Part shown: positions 12,739 through 25,177 of the stretch, in pieces | Layout of the letters: each line of letters opens with the position of its first letter | Position numbering within the stretch: the first letter of the stretch is position 1 | Source: Welwitschia mirabilis | Taxonomy: Eukaryota | Assembly: GCA_051453625.1 (NCBI GenBank) | Contig: JBOZIK010000001.1 | Span: forward strand, 2,133,373-2,179,866 | Reading direction: 5' to 3' | DNA: 46,494 nt | The notes under the pieces: generated by a model | Told to the model about the DNA's origin: nothing | Databases searched by the model: none | Seen by the model: only the letters and a program-made list of their open reading frames with translations | Position numbers and translations under genes: made by a program

Positions 12739-13810
12739 ATGGTCAAGAACAAAATTAGTGTGTCCCAAAAGGGAAAAGAGCCAAAATCTAAGTTTGAGTG
12801 GTTTATTTTTCTAGAACATTATAAAGCTTAGTTTGCAGGCTTTTATAGGCATTCCTACACTTCAGAAAGTAAGATAGATTATTAGTTTTTAGAATATAAG
12901 TACCATCTTCAACAAATTTGCTGAATACGAATGGAATTATGCTTTGGATCCCAATACTTGTACTTCTACCAAAATGGTATGATTATTTTATTGTTATGCC
13001 TACTTTTACTCTTCAAATTGGATCATTACTTCAAAAGTATACAATAGAAGGATGAATTTAGATTTGGAAGCTATCTCTCTTATTACTAGCTTTCCAAATG
13101 AGGGTCTCTTCTAATAAATCAATTCAGTCAGTTCTTTAAAGGAGGAAATATCTCTTAATGTTTTGACAACACAACTTTGTGGCTTTACTTTTCACTGGCA
13201 TGCAAACTTTCTCATAAACAAATTAACTCCATTTTACAGAGTTCTCTGTTAGATCTTCACATATAATCTAATGACTGAGATTGGTCATAAGGATGAGGTT
13301 TCTCTAGTATGTTTCTATATTCTATTTTGTCTTAGTATAGGTATTCGTATAAACCTATGTAAATTCATCATGTTATATGAGTCAATTCATTCTAGCTAGG
13401 TATAGTAACTTACCTTTTGGAGGTTTAATTATAGCCATCCTAGAAAATCATGATTTTGTAATTCAAAAGAATAAATATCCGCTTAAGATTTTCAAACCCT
13501 TGGAATTGTATTCTCTTAAAACAATGAACATCCTTTCTGAGGAAATTGATCCTACTCCTTCTATAAAGAAGGAATAGTGAATAGAGAAAGGATCTAGATC
13601 AGGAGAAGTCAGTAATGAGGATCTGATGAAGGAACCTTTGACTATTAAAGAGATTACTCTTCAGGCCTATAGGATGACAGGAAAATTATATAAGCATGTA
13701 GACAGGATTACTTTTGGTTTGTCTACCTATAGATTAAATATTCCTCCTAGATCCAAGGAAAAAGAGGAGGCACTTGTAGCTTCTGAGCATGATGGCTTAT
13801 CCTCTAAGTC
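12739..13810 (+). pseudogene. SIRE env-like accessory ORF, disrupted
   Basis: Lies between RNase H and the PPT region. Begins MVKNKISVSQKGKEP; includes FTYNLMTEIGHKDEVS and NLPFGGLIIAILE; homologous to the minus-strand ORF at 44783-45244. End approximate. Confidence 0.75.
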
Positions 13811-13989
13811 TTCTATCCTCTTCTTCTCCTCTTTGCATGTTGTATTTTTTTATTTCTTCTATTTATTTTTTTATATTATACTTGCTTGTCTAAATCGGTT
13901 GTAATCATTAAAGTTTAATGAATATACTCTATGCTATTCTCTCTTTAAATTTCCTAATTATGTCTTTATTTTGATTATTATTTTTCAAT

Positions 13990-14232
13990 AAGGAAAAAGG
14001 GGCAGAACTACTAGATTTATCTAATGCCTTAAAAATTTATCTATCTTCATGCATAATGTTTTTAATCCTTTAATAGAACTCTATTATACTAAATTGTCTG
14101 TAATAACTTTTCATGTATTTTTTCATTCGTACAAATTATAGATAGATTGAGAAGCATAACTTTAGAAGGAGTATTCTATTCTCTACCTTACCAAATTTGG
14201 TATATAGTTGTGATCATTAAAAAGGATGAGAT
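13990..14232 (+). promoter_or_regulatory. Multiple polypurine tracts (SIRE hallmark)
   Basis: AAGGAAAAAGGGGCAGAA at ~13990, AGAAGGAG at ~14164, and the terminal ATCATTAAAAAGGATGAGAT abutting the 3' LTR. Confidence 0.7.
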
Positions 14233-15329
14233 TGTGAAAGAACTTATCATCGTGTCCAATGTCTTAATGATGATGAAGAATAGGCAGTGGTATTACAAAA
14301 AATTATGCAAATTAGAATCTTTTCCATCTAGAACATCCAAAGTTTTAGTTGGAACATCTAACCCTATACATCGCTAAATGTATGAGGACATCTGTAATTT
14401 TCAGTTAGAAAGTTTAACCCTATACATGGCTAAATGTATGGAAATGTCTGCAATTTTTATTTAGGATATTCAACCCTATATGTAGTTAAATATATGGGGA
14501 TGTTTGAGGTGTGGCACCGGGACGTCCGATCCTATTTATGGAAAGTAAGTATGAGGACANNNNNNNNNNNNNNNNNNNNNNNNNNNNNNNNNNNNNNNNN
14601 NNNNNNNNNNNNNNNNNNNNNNNNNNNNNNNNNNNNNNNNNNNNNNNNNNNNNNNNNNNNNNNNNNNNNNNNNNNNNNNNNNNNNNNNNNNNNNNNNNNN
14701 NNNNNNNNNNNNNNNNNNNNNNNNNNNNNNNNNNNNNNNNNNNNNNNNNNNNNNNNNNNNNNNNNNNNNNNNNNNNNNNNNNNNNNNNNNNNNNNNNNNN
14801 NTCTCAAAATCTTAGCCTATAAAAAATGAAAAAGGATTCTTATAGTAACTAATGCTTTATGATTGTATTGTATTGAACTTTGAGTTTTACTCATAATCTG
14901 TACTTTACTAAGCATCATTTGTATTTGAAGATTCTGTACTTACTTATTAATGTGCTATGCTAAAGGCATCTACAACATCAAACTTTCTTATTCTCATTCT
15001 CTTTGGTGGCTCTTTGGAGTAAGCATGTGCATTCCAAGAGAAGGGATTACTTGTAACCCTTAAAGAAGAGTATTGTTCTTTATCCAAGTTGCTAAGTATT
15101 AATTAAGGGAACTAGGAGCCTGAAAGCACATTTTTGCCCCTATGAGTGGAGTAGGTAAGAATTGTTGAACCACCATAAATCTGGTACATTAGTCATTTGT
15201 TTTTTTCCTTTGTGCTATTCTCATGCTATTCTTTAATTAGTGCAAATTCTGATTCTATTTGGTTTTAGCAATAATTTGATTTTACCCTATTCACCCCCCT
15301 GCCCTCTAGGATGCCTATCAATCCTAATA
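14233..15329 (+). repeat. SIRE 3' LTR (contains an N-gap)
   Basis: Starts TGTGAAAGAACTTATCAT, ends ATCCTAATA (CA>TA). Roughly 15-20% diverged from the 5' LTR by eye. Confidence 0.9.
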
Positions 15330-15334
15330 GATTA

Positions 15335-18300
15335 TGATAAATACTAATATTTATTTTACAAGAGGATTAATGGAAATTAATCTAAGAGATCTTAAGAAAG
15401 ATATCAAGTTGTCCAATGTAGATGTTATAGAAGAGATGGTACAAAACATAGAATCTAGAACCATGCAATTCTGACACAATACTTTAGTCTAATATTAAAT
15501 AAGTAAAATTAAAAAAAATATGAAGAGGAAGATTTAACATCTCAAAAAATAGTAAAACCTCTACTTAATGAAGGATTAGAATATATTAAAGTAATTTTAA
15601 ATAGACCCTTAACTATAAATAGTTGTTTAACTCATTCAAAAAAAAGGAAACTTAAAAGAATGTTGATCAAAATAAAAGGAGCTTTTGCTTAGAATCATAC
15701 TAATATTAAAGGAATAGATCCAAAAATATGTCAATATACAATTTATTTAGATACCTTTATAAAAAAAAATAGGAAACCAAAAAGAAGATGCAACCCATAC
15801 ATGTAAAAAGTAATTAACTAAGAAATTTCTGAACTCTTGGATGTTGGATTTATTTATCCTATATCCAATTCCAAATGGGTTAGTTCTATCATAGTGGTGC
15901 TAAGAAAAGGCAATCAGTAAAGGATATGTATAGTCCTTTGAATGTTAAATACTACAATTTACAAAGATTACTTTTCTCTTCCATTTATAGCTCATGTTTT
16001 AGAAAGAGTATCTAGACATTAATACTATAGTTTTTTAGATGAATATAATAGATATAATCAAGTCTTAATAGCTTTAGAGGATTAAGACAAGATAACTTTT
16101 ACTTATCATTGGGGTAGTTATGCTTATAAAATATTGCCATTTAAATTATGTAATGCTCCCAGTACTTTTCAAAGGTATAGCACTTTCAAGATATAATACA
16201 AAGATCAGTCAANNNNNNNNNNNNNNNNNNNNNNNNNNNNNNNNNNNNNNNNNNNNNNNNNNNNNNNNNNNNNNNNNNNNNNNNNNNNNNNNNNNNNNNN
16301 NNNNNNNNNNNNTATAGCACTTTCAAGATATAATACAAAGATCAGTCAAAGTATTATGGATGATTTTCAACTTTTGAAAATGATTTTAAGGAGTTACTAG
16401 ATAGGTTATAAAGAGTTTTATGGAGATGTAAAGAAAAGCATTTAAACCTTAGCTAGTCTAAAAATCATCTTATGGTGATAGAAGGCATAATACTAGGACA
16501 TAAAATATATTAAAAAGGAATTAAAACTGATGAATAAAAAATTAAAGCTATAAAATACATCCCACTCCTAACTAAACTAAAAGAACTAAGATCTTTCTTA
16601 GAGCATATTAGATATTGTAGAGGATTTATATCCAACTTTAGTAAAATTGCTAAATTTTTTAGTAACCTTTTACAAAAGGATGTGGAATATGCTTGGATTG
16701 ATGAATGTTAACATGTTTATCAAACCTTAAAGGATAAACTTTTATCAACACCTATATTATAAGGACTTAATTGGATGAGACCATTTCACATTATGACTGA
16801 TGCCCTTAATCATGCTATGGGATAGTATTAGGACAAAGAGATAAAGGTAATAAACTCTATGCTATTGCTTACATTAATAAGAACTTCAAACAAACTCAAA
16901 AAAATTATAAAGTAATAGAGAAAGAGTTGTTAGTAGTAGTGATGGAATTAGAAAAATTCATGCATTATATTTTAAAATACAAAGTAAAAGTTCATACAGA
17001 CTATAGTACTATTAGATTTTCGATGAACAAAAATGAGGAAAATTTAAGAATTATGAGATTTATACTATTAATGAAAGAATTTAACTTAAAGATTATTAAT
17101 AGAAAAGGGATAAAGAATATGGTATCAGATCATCTCTCAAGATTAGAATTTCCTAATGAAGAATATATAAGCATAAGAGATGAGTTTCTAGATGAATATC
17201 TTTTTCTAGTAAAAACCAATCCATGGGATACCAATATAGCCAACTTCATTATGAGTAAAAAATTATTATATTTTATAAATTATTATAAAAGAAAAAGATT
17301 ATTAAAATAATATATAGAGTACATGTAGCATGATAAGATGCTATTTAAAAAATGCAAAGATCATGTTGTTAGAAGATGTATAAAAGAAGATTTACAAAGA
17401 GAGGTTCTAAAGGAAGCTTATGAGAGAGAATAAAGAGGAAATTATAGTGCAAGAAGAATAAGGATAAAAATTCTCCATATGGGCTACTACTAGCCCATCA
17501 TGTTCAAATATTTAAATGCTTATATCCCAGGTTGTGATAAGTGTCAAAGGAAAGAAGCCTTTAACTAGAGATTAGAAATGCCACAATAATGGATTCAATT
17601 AATTGAGGCTTTTGATATTTAGGGAATAGATTTTATTATACCTATTAATCTTTCCTCCTATAGAAAAAGATACATTTTGGTCTTGTTGATTACTTCATTA
17701 AGTGGACTAAGGTTGAGGCTGTATCTCATTATTCTTCTTAAACTATAGTTAAATTTTTTCTTAGGAATATTATCTATTGATTTGGATCCCCTCAAAGTCT
17801 TACATCTGATAGGAAAACTCATTTTACTTGTGAATTCTTCAAGAAACTCTTGACCAAACATGAAATCCACCAAAAACTCTCTACTGCCTACCAAAGTGAC
17901 TAATAGAGAAATTAATAGAATATTAATAAAGGTCATAAATAGTAAGAAAATGGATTGGGCTAATAAATTAAATGAAGCTTTATGGACTTATATAATAATT
18001 TTAAAACATAGTAAAAGGTTTACAATATGTGAATTAATCTATGAAAAAATGGCTATTTTGCTAATTGAATTTAAAATAAAACATTTAAATTGGCTAATGA
18101 ATTAAAATATAGCTTAGATATAGCTCAAAAGGAATGGATAAAAAACATGAATATTTTATATGAAAATAGGAAAAAACTCTTTTACATAAAGAATTTATAT
18201 AATAAAAACTAAAATATATCATCATAATAGAATTAGGAAAACCAATTTTAGTGTAAACAATTCTATACTAATCTATGATCCTATAAAGATCCATTTCAAA

Positions 18301-18460
18301 TAGAAGTATGAATAAAATTGGTTAGGATCCTATACTATAACAAAAATATTGGAAAATAAAGATAGATAGGTACATGATCTAGATGAGGAAATAATGTACC
18401 AAGTTAATGGATAAAGAATAAGAGTATATTGTGATCATAAATTTGTACTACATTATTTAT
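15335..18460 (+). pseudogene. pol: Athila-like pol remainder: protease C-terminus, RT, RNase H, integrase; disrupted
   Basis: IKGIDPKIC; LLDVGFIYPISNSKWVS; KDYFSLPFI; NAPSTFQR; MDDF at ~16357; PFHIMTDA; EKELL; VSDHLSRL; C..C at ~17533; GIDF; terminal QVNG*RIRVY at ~18400. Confidence 0.92.
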
Positions 18461-19549
18461 AAAATCCTTATAAAATGGAAAGAATACTTCGACTCTCCTT
18501 ATAAAAGGAAAGTTTTTCTAAATTAGTTAATAAAGGAGGTGTCACTCACTTAAAATTTATTCAAACAATCCATTTACTAAGATGTGTCCATTTACTAAGT
18601 TGTTTAATTTAAATTCAATGATTATGAATAAGAAGCTACCTTAGTAAGTCTTTAATAAGGGATTGTGCATCATTCGTATTAAAAAGATTAAGGAGATAAA
18701 TTTCATCATGTGGTAAAATATCTTTTAATGATTAAAAAAAAGAAGAAAAATAAAAAATTAGAAAAAGGGGAAAAAGAAAGGAAAACCTCAATATTCTATC
18801 ATAACTGTATCAAGGCAAATATTTTTGAAAGGAGCCTTTAGCATTATAATATGGTAGATGTGAGAACTCTACTAAGGGGTTAGTTGGCTATGATCTAGAT
18901 ATATATATCCTATGGTTCCTTACTCCTCTGATAGTGATTACATTCTTCTCATTATGATTGAATTAAGTTATGAAAAATAAAGAGTTGAAAAATACTTATG
19001 TCCTAAGAGTCATCTAAGACAAAGCTAGTTATCAAAGCTATAACTATCTATCATAACTTACAAAAGAAGGCCAAAAGAAAACTTTTATTCTAGTCTATGA
19101 TGGCATGTAAATCTGAATATTTTTAATTGAATAGCATATATAATTATCAAATTCTAAATTTTGAAATAAAAAGATTCAAAGTGTTAGAATCATTTTACAT
19201 TATCTTAACAATTTAATAAATTGTATATTTTGAATTCCTTTTAATGAATATGATATATCCCTAAAAAAATAAGGTAGTTATAATCTAACTTTATTTAAAA
19301 TAAAAACTTAAAAAAACTTTATTAGATTAAAAAAAGGTTTATTATAATGCTTTACTGAAATGAGATAGAATCATAGTTTTAAAGTACTAGGGCTAAAACA
19401 ATAAATCATCTAATTGAAATAACTCAATTCTTAAAGCAGCTAGAGAACTTATTCGTCTTATTCGAATGCCTGATCTTAGATGATGATTCCATAAAACTAA
19501 TCTCATTTAGAGACTTTCATAGCATGTTGATCTCTTTTAGATGGGCTCA

Positions 19550-21626
19550 CCAAAAGTTCTAATAAGGTTTAGCATTCCATATTATTTTCTTTATTTTTCC
19601 TTTATCAAAACTTAATGTAATAAGATTAAGGGTAGGGTGTGTTTCTTGTAGCTAATGAACCCTTTTTTCTAACACTTACATTTGCCTAGCTAATTAGCCT
19701 AAAAAAATACCATAGGTTAAATACCCTTGATTTAATTAGCTATGAAGCTCTTCAGTCCTCAACCTTAGGTACTCGCCCACTAAGTGATGAATCATAGGAA
19801 TAAAACTTGAAGGGATGACATCATTGTCAAATTGATATTTGCCAACCTCAGTAATAAAAGTATCCAAGGTATCTAAACCTCAACAATTAATTTATAATCG
19901 TAGTTTAGGAACTACTACACCTTGTTCTCTGATCTAACTAAAATATGAGGTGATTGAGGATTTACACTCCTAATACACAAATAGATTTGAGTGGAATCCA
20001 AGTTAAAAAGCCAATTTTCTATCTTTCTAATTCCTAAGGTAGTAATAACAGAATGAGAAGGAGTGAAAGTAATGAAAATTAACTGAGAAAAGATGATAAG
20101 GATTGAAAAATATTGAATTAAGGATCTCTAAGGTTTAGATGGAAAATGATGAAATATCAGCATAAAAGAATGAGATTTATAGCATAAGTTTTATTTAGTA
20201 TTATTAATAAGTATAATTCATTCTAATTTTCCTAGTGCACATGTGTTTAGTAATGAACTAAAGAAAGTTGAAAAAACTCCATACCTCCTTTGTCCAACAG
20301 CCGAGGTGTGTTAAGTATCAGTAATAATATTGGATCAAGACAAGAATTAAGGAATTTTAAACTAACTAAGGTTTAATCTAAAGTTGGAACTAAAGATTTA
20401 TTTATGATTAGTTTAGTTTTTCCAAAGTGCAAGCCTTTGTAGAAATCCACTAAATTCTATCATCATTTTCAATTATCAAGTGGCCCTTGTAATTTACTTT
20501 TTGAAGGAAGAACTTTAAACTATGTTATATAGAGGAAATTTTATATTTTAAGAAAGAGTGAAAAATTGAAGTTACCTATATTATTCTTATAATAAAACAT
20601 TACTATGAAATAGACCTTAGAAATGAGTTTATCTAGTTGACTGATACTAGCTCAAAGTCAAAACTTTAAGTTAGATTTCAAGCCAAATTAATAAACATAG
20701 AGACCTATTTTCTGTACCTCTATACCTTAACAAAATAACATCATTTGGTCGATTAATAGCAACTCAAATCCAAAAGCTTTGAGTTGGATTTCATACCAAG
20801 CCACTGTGATGTAAGTTAAAAAGTTAGCTGATACCAACTCAAAGTCATAACTTTGAGTTGAATTTCATGCCAAATTGATAATATTCTTGCATTTTATAAA
20901 TCTATGATACTAACTCAAAGTCAAAACTTTAAGTTATATTTTAAGACAAGCCATCAAGATGCAAGTTTATGAAGTTAATCGATACTAGTCTAAAGCTAAA
21001 GCTTTGAGCCGGATTTTAAGATAACTTCATCCTTATGAGCTTGCCTTTGAAGGATGAAGTCTTCTTCTTAGCAACCTCCATCAACTTTTTGATATAATTT
21101 CCTTACATGATCTCACTTCTTTATTTTTATTTATATAATTATAATTGAGTGACAAGAATTTAAAGAACCATACCAAGGACTTGAGAGTTCTCAATGACCA
21201 CCTTCGAACTTCTTTTGCTGGCTCCATAATGAATTTGATGATCCTTATCGAGAACTCTACTATTGTAGAGAGCTATCATCACTTAAATATGATATTTCAT
21301 TTCTCAAGTATTCTACTTAAATGCTTTATTAATTCCTCCCTTCTCATTCTTAATGACCTCCATCATAAGTCAATGAACACCTTCCTTCCACATCATCTAA
21401 CCCATGTCAGTGTCCACAATTTTTATTTCATGTCACTAAATTTTCATATCATTATCCTTACCACCATATCATTCTATTTCTTAGCATTAGAAACATATAA
21501 AATAATTCCATTTTTAATGATTTCATTTTTAGTTAAAAAAATATTTACTCCTCAAATGTGCAAATTTAATAAAATAGTAAGTACAAATTTTTACCTATTT
21601 TAATGGGAAATAAGTTAGAAATTATA
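19550..21626 (-). repeat. Probable minus-strand LTR-like insertion in the Athila 3' region; boundaries uncertain
   Basis: Minus-strand TATA context CCTCTATATAA at ~20527-20537, with a palindromic repeat array upstream of it (20643-21024). A purine tract on the minus strand lies at 21627-21637. No partner LTR was found. Confidence 0.35.
20643..21024. repeat. Five copies of a ~44-bp motif containing a hairpin
   Basis: Consensus GATACCAACTCAAAGTCAAAACTTTGAGTTGGATTTCATGCCAA at ~20643, 20755, 20830, 20906 and 20981; CAACTCAAAG/CTTTGAGTTG stem. Confidence 0.85.
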
Positions 21627-22019
21627 CTTTCTCCTCTAAAATTTTTACTCTTTCATGCTTTCGTATGATCTTTTATGTTTAAGTTTTTTACTCATGATAT
21701 AATACTTTCATGAAAAAATCTCAGGTATAACTAATATCTTATTTACATCATTCAAGAAAATTCCAAATTTAACATGGACGATGAGTAGAATCAAATAGAG
21801 TAGAGTAGAATAGAATTTTACCACAAACATTTTTGCAATAGTAAAAATGCATTTCCAAATTTGTAAAAACAACTCTATAGAAATAATTTTTAGATTCTTT
21901 TTAAAAAATACTTTCTTAGTGAGTTGTTTTTCAAATATTATTAGAAAATAATCTTTTCTTCAAAACACATCTTTCAATAAACTACTCCAGTAATTGTGAA
22001 AAATTTTAAGAGAATGTAG

Positions 22020-23608
22020 GATTATCTCTCTGTTAAATTTTGTGGACATCCTTTTAGAACCCTTATTAATAGAGTTTAAATAGAGAATTGTCAAGCTAGG
22101 GTAGTATGAATGACTTACCATAGAATGATAGACCCACTTTAGAATCTATTTATGGATTTTATAAGAATTTGATAATAAATATGAAAAAGATGTGCTAGAA
22201 ATAATAGTTAAAAATAAAAGAACACTAATTACTCAAGAGGATATCAGAGAAATGTTGTACTTATCACCTAGAAGAAAATCTAATTGATGATACTAGTAGG
22301 AAAAAGACACAAATTTAAGCATGATTCTTCTAAGAAGGGTGGTAATATAAGGAAGAATCCTAGTAGATAAAGATACAAAACCATAATTATTCATCATCTC
22401 CAAAATTACGGCTAGTAATTTGGTACCTGTCCTTTATGAATAAAAAGGTGTTACATTACTTAGATTATACATGATAGCAGTAGTGAAAGATAAGAAGAAT
22501 TATACAAATATGAATATCACAAAAGGAATATTTTTGAGTTTTTTAAGACATCTTACAAAATTGAATAAAGTTGGAATTTTAGCTTTTGGTGTAGTAGGGC
22601 TAGGATTCTCATCTTTAATATGATGAATATTAAGCTTAAATAAATTTCCATTCCAAAGGAATAAGTCTTTTATTAATTTAAGTATTCAAAATTTTTTTGG
22701 AGTTAATAAGTTAAGTTTTATAAATTTTTGAAGTTAATAAGTTAAGTTTCATAAGTGTTATAGGACACAAGACCACTCAGCCAGACCTAAGAGAATCCTC
22801 TTCTATTCTCTAGAGTATACATTCATTATTGCCCTTCTTAAGCATGCCTTAATATCTAGCTCAATTCTTATTTAAAGAACTCTTTTCCTTCCATACACTT
22901 TAATTTGGTCAATTCTCCAGAGCACCAGAAGAAGGCAAGATTAATATTCTTTGTAATGATTTAAATTTAGTTAAGGATGAAATTCAAACCTATCTCAGAA
23001 GAAAAGAGGAGGTTTCAGCATTGTAGAATCAAGTTGGTAATCTAAGAACTAATAACACATTCTTAAAATGAAAATTAAATCAAGAAAGAGAAAATAATTA
23101 TAAGTTATGATAGGAAATCACTAACAAGGAGGAAAACATTTAGCTATCTAATTCCTTTAAGGAGATGAGTAGAAAATTACAAAAAATGTATGAATGCATT
23201 AATAAACTAGAAACTACTACTAAAGATAGGGGAGAGTTAGAAAATTTTCCAACAGAAAGACTAGACACGTTAGTATTCTTACTAAACAATTTAGCTTCAA
23301 GTAAGACGTGTGATGCTAAAAATATTAAGGACCAATAAAACTTTATTACATTCATGCATAATGAAGGGTATTTACCCTTGAATAGGGAATATTTAGATAA
23401 AATCTATGCAGATTTATAGGGAATAAAGAAAAAATCCATAAAGATTTATGCAGAGGCTTAAGAATCTAGACATAAATGGCATGAAGCCTAGAATTCTTTG
23501 GGATAGTATCACTTCCTTGAGGAAGCAAATAAGAGAGCCATAGACTAGTGGATGGAAGAAAATAAGGATCTAAGAAATATAATGAAAGAAGTAAGCTATT
23601 TTGATTGA
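22020..23608 (+). pseudogene. Athila env-like accessory ORF remnant with a long predicted coiled-coil C-terminus
   Basis: ESIYGFYKNL...LEIIVKNKRTLITQEDIREMLYL resembles the LVxEFYxNL...xIxxxLxL accessory-ORF pattern. The heptad-rich frame from ~22960 to the stop at 23608 has scattered stops. Position is between pol and the 3' LTR. Confidence 0.55.
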
Positions 23609-23991
23609 CCTCTTTAATATTTCACAGTAAAACATTTATCTTCAAAAATAAAATAGAAAATTAAAAGAGAAATAAGTTTAATTCTGAGCATTCCTTTGAC
23701 TTCTTCAACTATAACTGATAAGATTGAGAACATAATAAAGTTAAGTAATATAGATGCTTTAAAAAAATATCATGCACAGCTAAAGAATGATATCAAAATA
23801 ATATATCTTATTTCTACTTAACTTATCATTTAAAATTTAGAAAAAGAGGATATGAGACTNNNNNNNNNNNNNNNNNNNNNNNNNNNNNNNNNNNNNNNNN
23901 NNNNNNNNNNNNNNNNNNNNNNNNNNNNNNNNNNNNNNNNNNNNNNNNNNNNNNNNNNNAGGAACTAACGAATGCATGAGCTTGGGAAAAT

Positions 23992-24950
23992 TGATGATGA
24001 CTTATTTTGATGTAAATTTTACTTATTAATGAAAAGTTTTTGACTTTATAATTATACATTTCATATATTAATAAATGTTTTTCTTTAGAAATAAAGTTAA
24101 TATATTCACTAATCAATATGTTAGTTAGTTAGAACACTAGTACATTAGTATATATATTTTATGTTATTGAATTGCAAGTACAAAATTCCATTTAGCACAA
24201 GGATGGAAGAGAATGCTGAGGTAGTGGAAAGGAAGTAACAACCTTAACCATAGACCTATTCCTAAGGAGCAAGGGAAGGAAATGATAAAATAAAAATCGG
24301 TATAAGGAAGAGATCACTATCAAAGGCAAGGATTGTTTTGGCAAATAGTTTCAGCAATATGACTTAGTAAGAAGATGAAGAAAAAGCTCCAACCATCCTG
24401 CAAAGGGCACAATAACATATTTAATACTTCAAGTATTACCTATGAAGGAAAACAATAGCTCATTAATACATCTTTTTGTAATATTTTGGTATTTTAATAT
24501 AAAGCTAAAAAGCTAACATTTTGAGTATCACTATGTGCATGTTCTATTACTTGAAAAAATAATAGAATTTTCATTTACTTCTATTTATGCAGCTAAACAT
24601 AAACTAGGATACTTAATAGTACTTATAAATAAGTATTGTTCAACATTTTTTTCTAATCTATAACGTGTTTTTCTACTTTATTTATTTTTCTATAGTATAA
24701 TATATGTAAATAGCACACTTTATCATCAAATAAAACAACTTGACTAGTTTAAGTAAATTCATCATGATATTATTGTGATGATGCATTTTTGAACTAAACA
24801 GTTAAATCTCAAACTAGTTCTTTAGTAAGCCTTTGATTTTTATTTAATGGTTTAAGTTTATTTTAGGCTAATAGCACTATATTTTTTACACTTTTTTAGC
24901 ATCGTTTCTTAATATTTTTAGCATTTATTTCATCATATAAGCTTTTATGA
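23992..24950 (+). repeat. LTR family A, copy A3 (3' LTR)
   Basis: Colinear with 1077-2033. Preceded by AGGAACTAACGAATGCATGAGCTTGGGAAAAT (Athila-like PPT region). Ends TTTTATGA and is not followed by a PBS. Confidence 0.85.
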
Positions 24951-25177
24951 ATGATACATAATAAAAGATACATGAAAAGTTTTCAATTAGCATTTGTAAT
25001 AACATATTTTTAAAAATTTGCTCAGGAACTAGCAAATAGTTATTAGAGGAGTGCGTTTACCCTTGAATTTTAAATAATTAATCCCCACACTTTAGTAAAT
25101 TAATATATTTTTAAAGATATAAATACTATATTTATATCTAAATTATTAATTAGAGTTTATTCAGTAAGTTCTAAAAT

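Larger units (their letters stand above)
5783..15329 (+). mobile_element. Full-length degenerate Ty1/copia SIRE (Sirevirus/Maximus) element with env-like ORF
   Basis: Two LTRs starting TGTGAAAGAAC; C-rich ATTCACCCCCC motif near the LTR end; Met-type PBS; gag with two zinc knuckles; PR-INT-RT-RH order; extra ORF after pol; multiple PPTs. Decayed 5-bp TSD GGCTA (5778-5782) / GATTA (15330-15334). Removing the element restores the host frame GRPWMA-MINTNIYFTRG. Confidence 0.92.
3190..24950 (+). mobile_element. Degenerate Ty3/gypsy Athila-like LTR retrotransposon with nested insertions
   Basis: Order is LTR, PBS, gag, protease (split at 5783), RT, RNase H, integrase, long 3' region with an extra ORF, PPT-like tract, 3' LTR. 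The PR-RT-RH-INT order is gypsy. Which upstream LTR copy pairs with the 3' LTR is uncertain and no TSD was found. Confidence 0.75.

Noticed and set aside
16176..16349. 37-bp direct repeat around a 100-N gap in the RT
   Set aside because: Identical overlap; collapsing it gives a continuous NAPSTFQR...MDDF region, so it is a scaffolding artefact.
20643..21024. CRISPR-like array of palindromic repeats with spacers
   Set aside because: Plant retrotransposon context, no cas genes, degenerate repeats, and alternate spacers are homologous to each other.
21145..21603. 152-aa + strand ORF
   Set aside because: TTG start, low-complexity H/L/F/S composition, no motif, inside LTR-like sequence.
1072..24955. 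TSD pairing LTR A1 with LTR A3
   Set aside because: Flanks ATATT and ATGAT do not match convincingly, so the outer boundary is unconfirmed.
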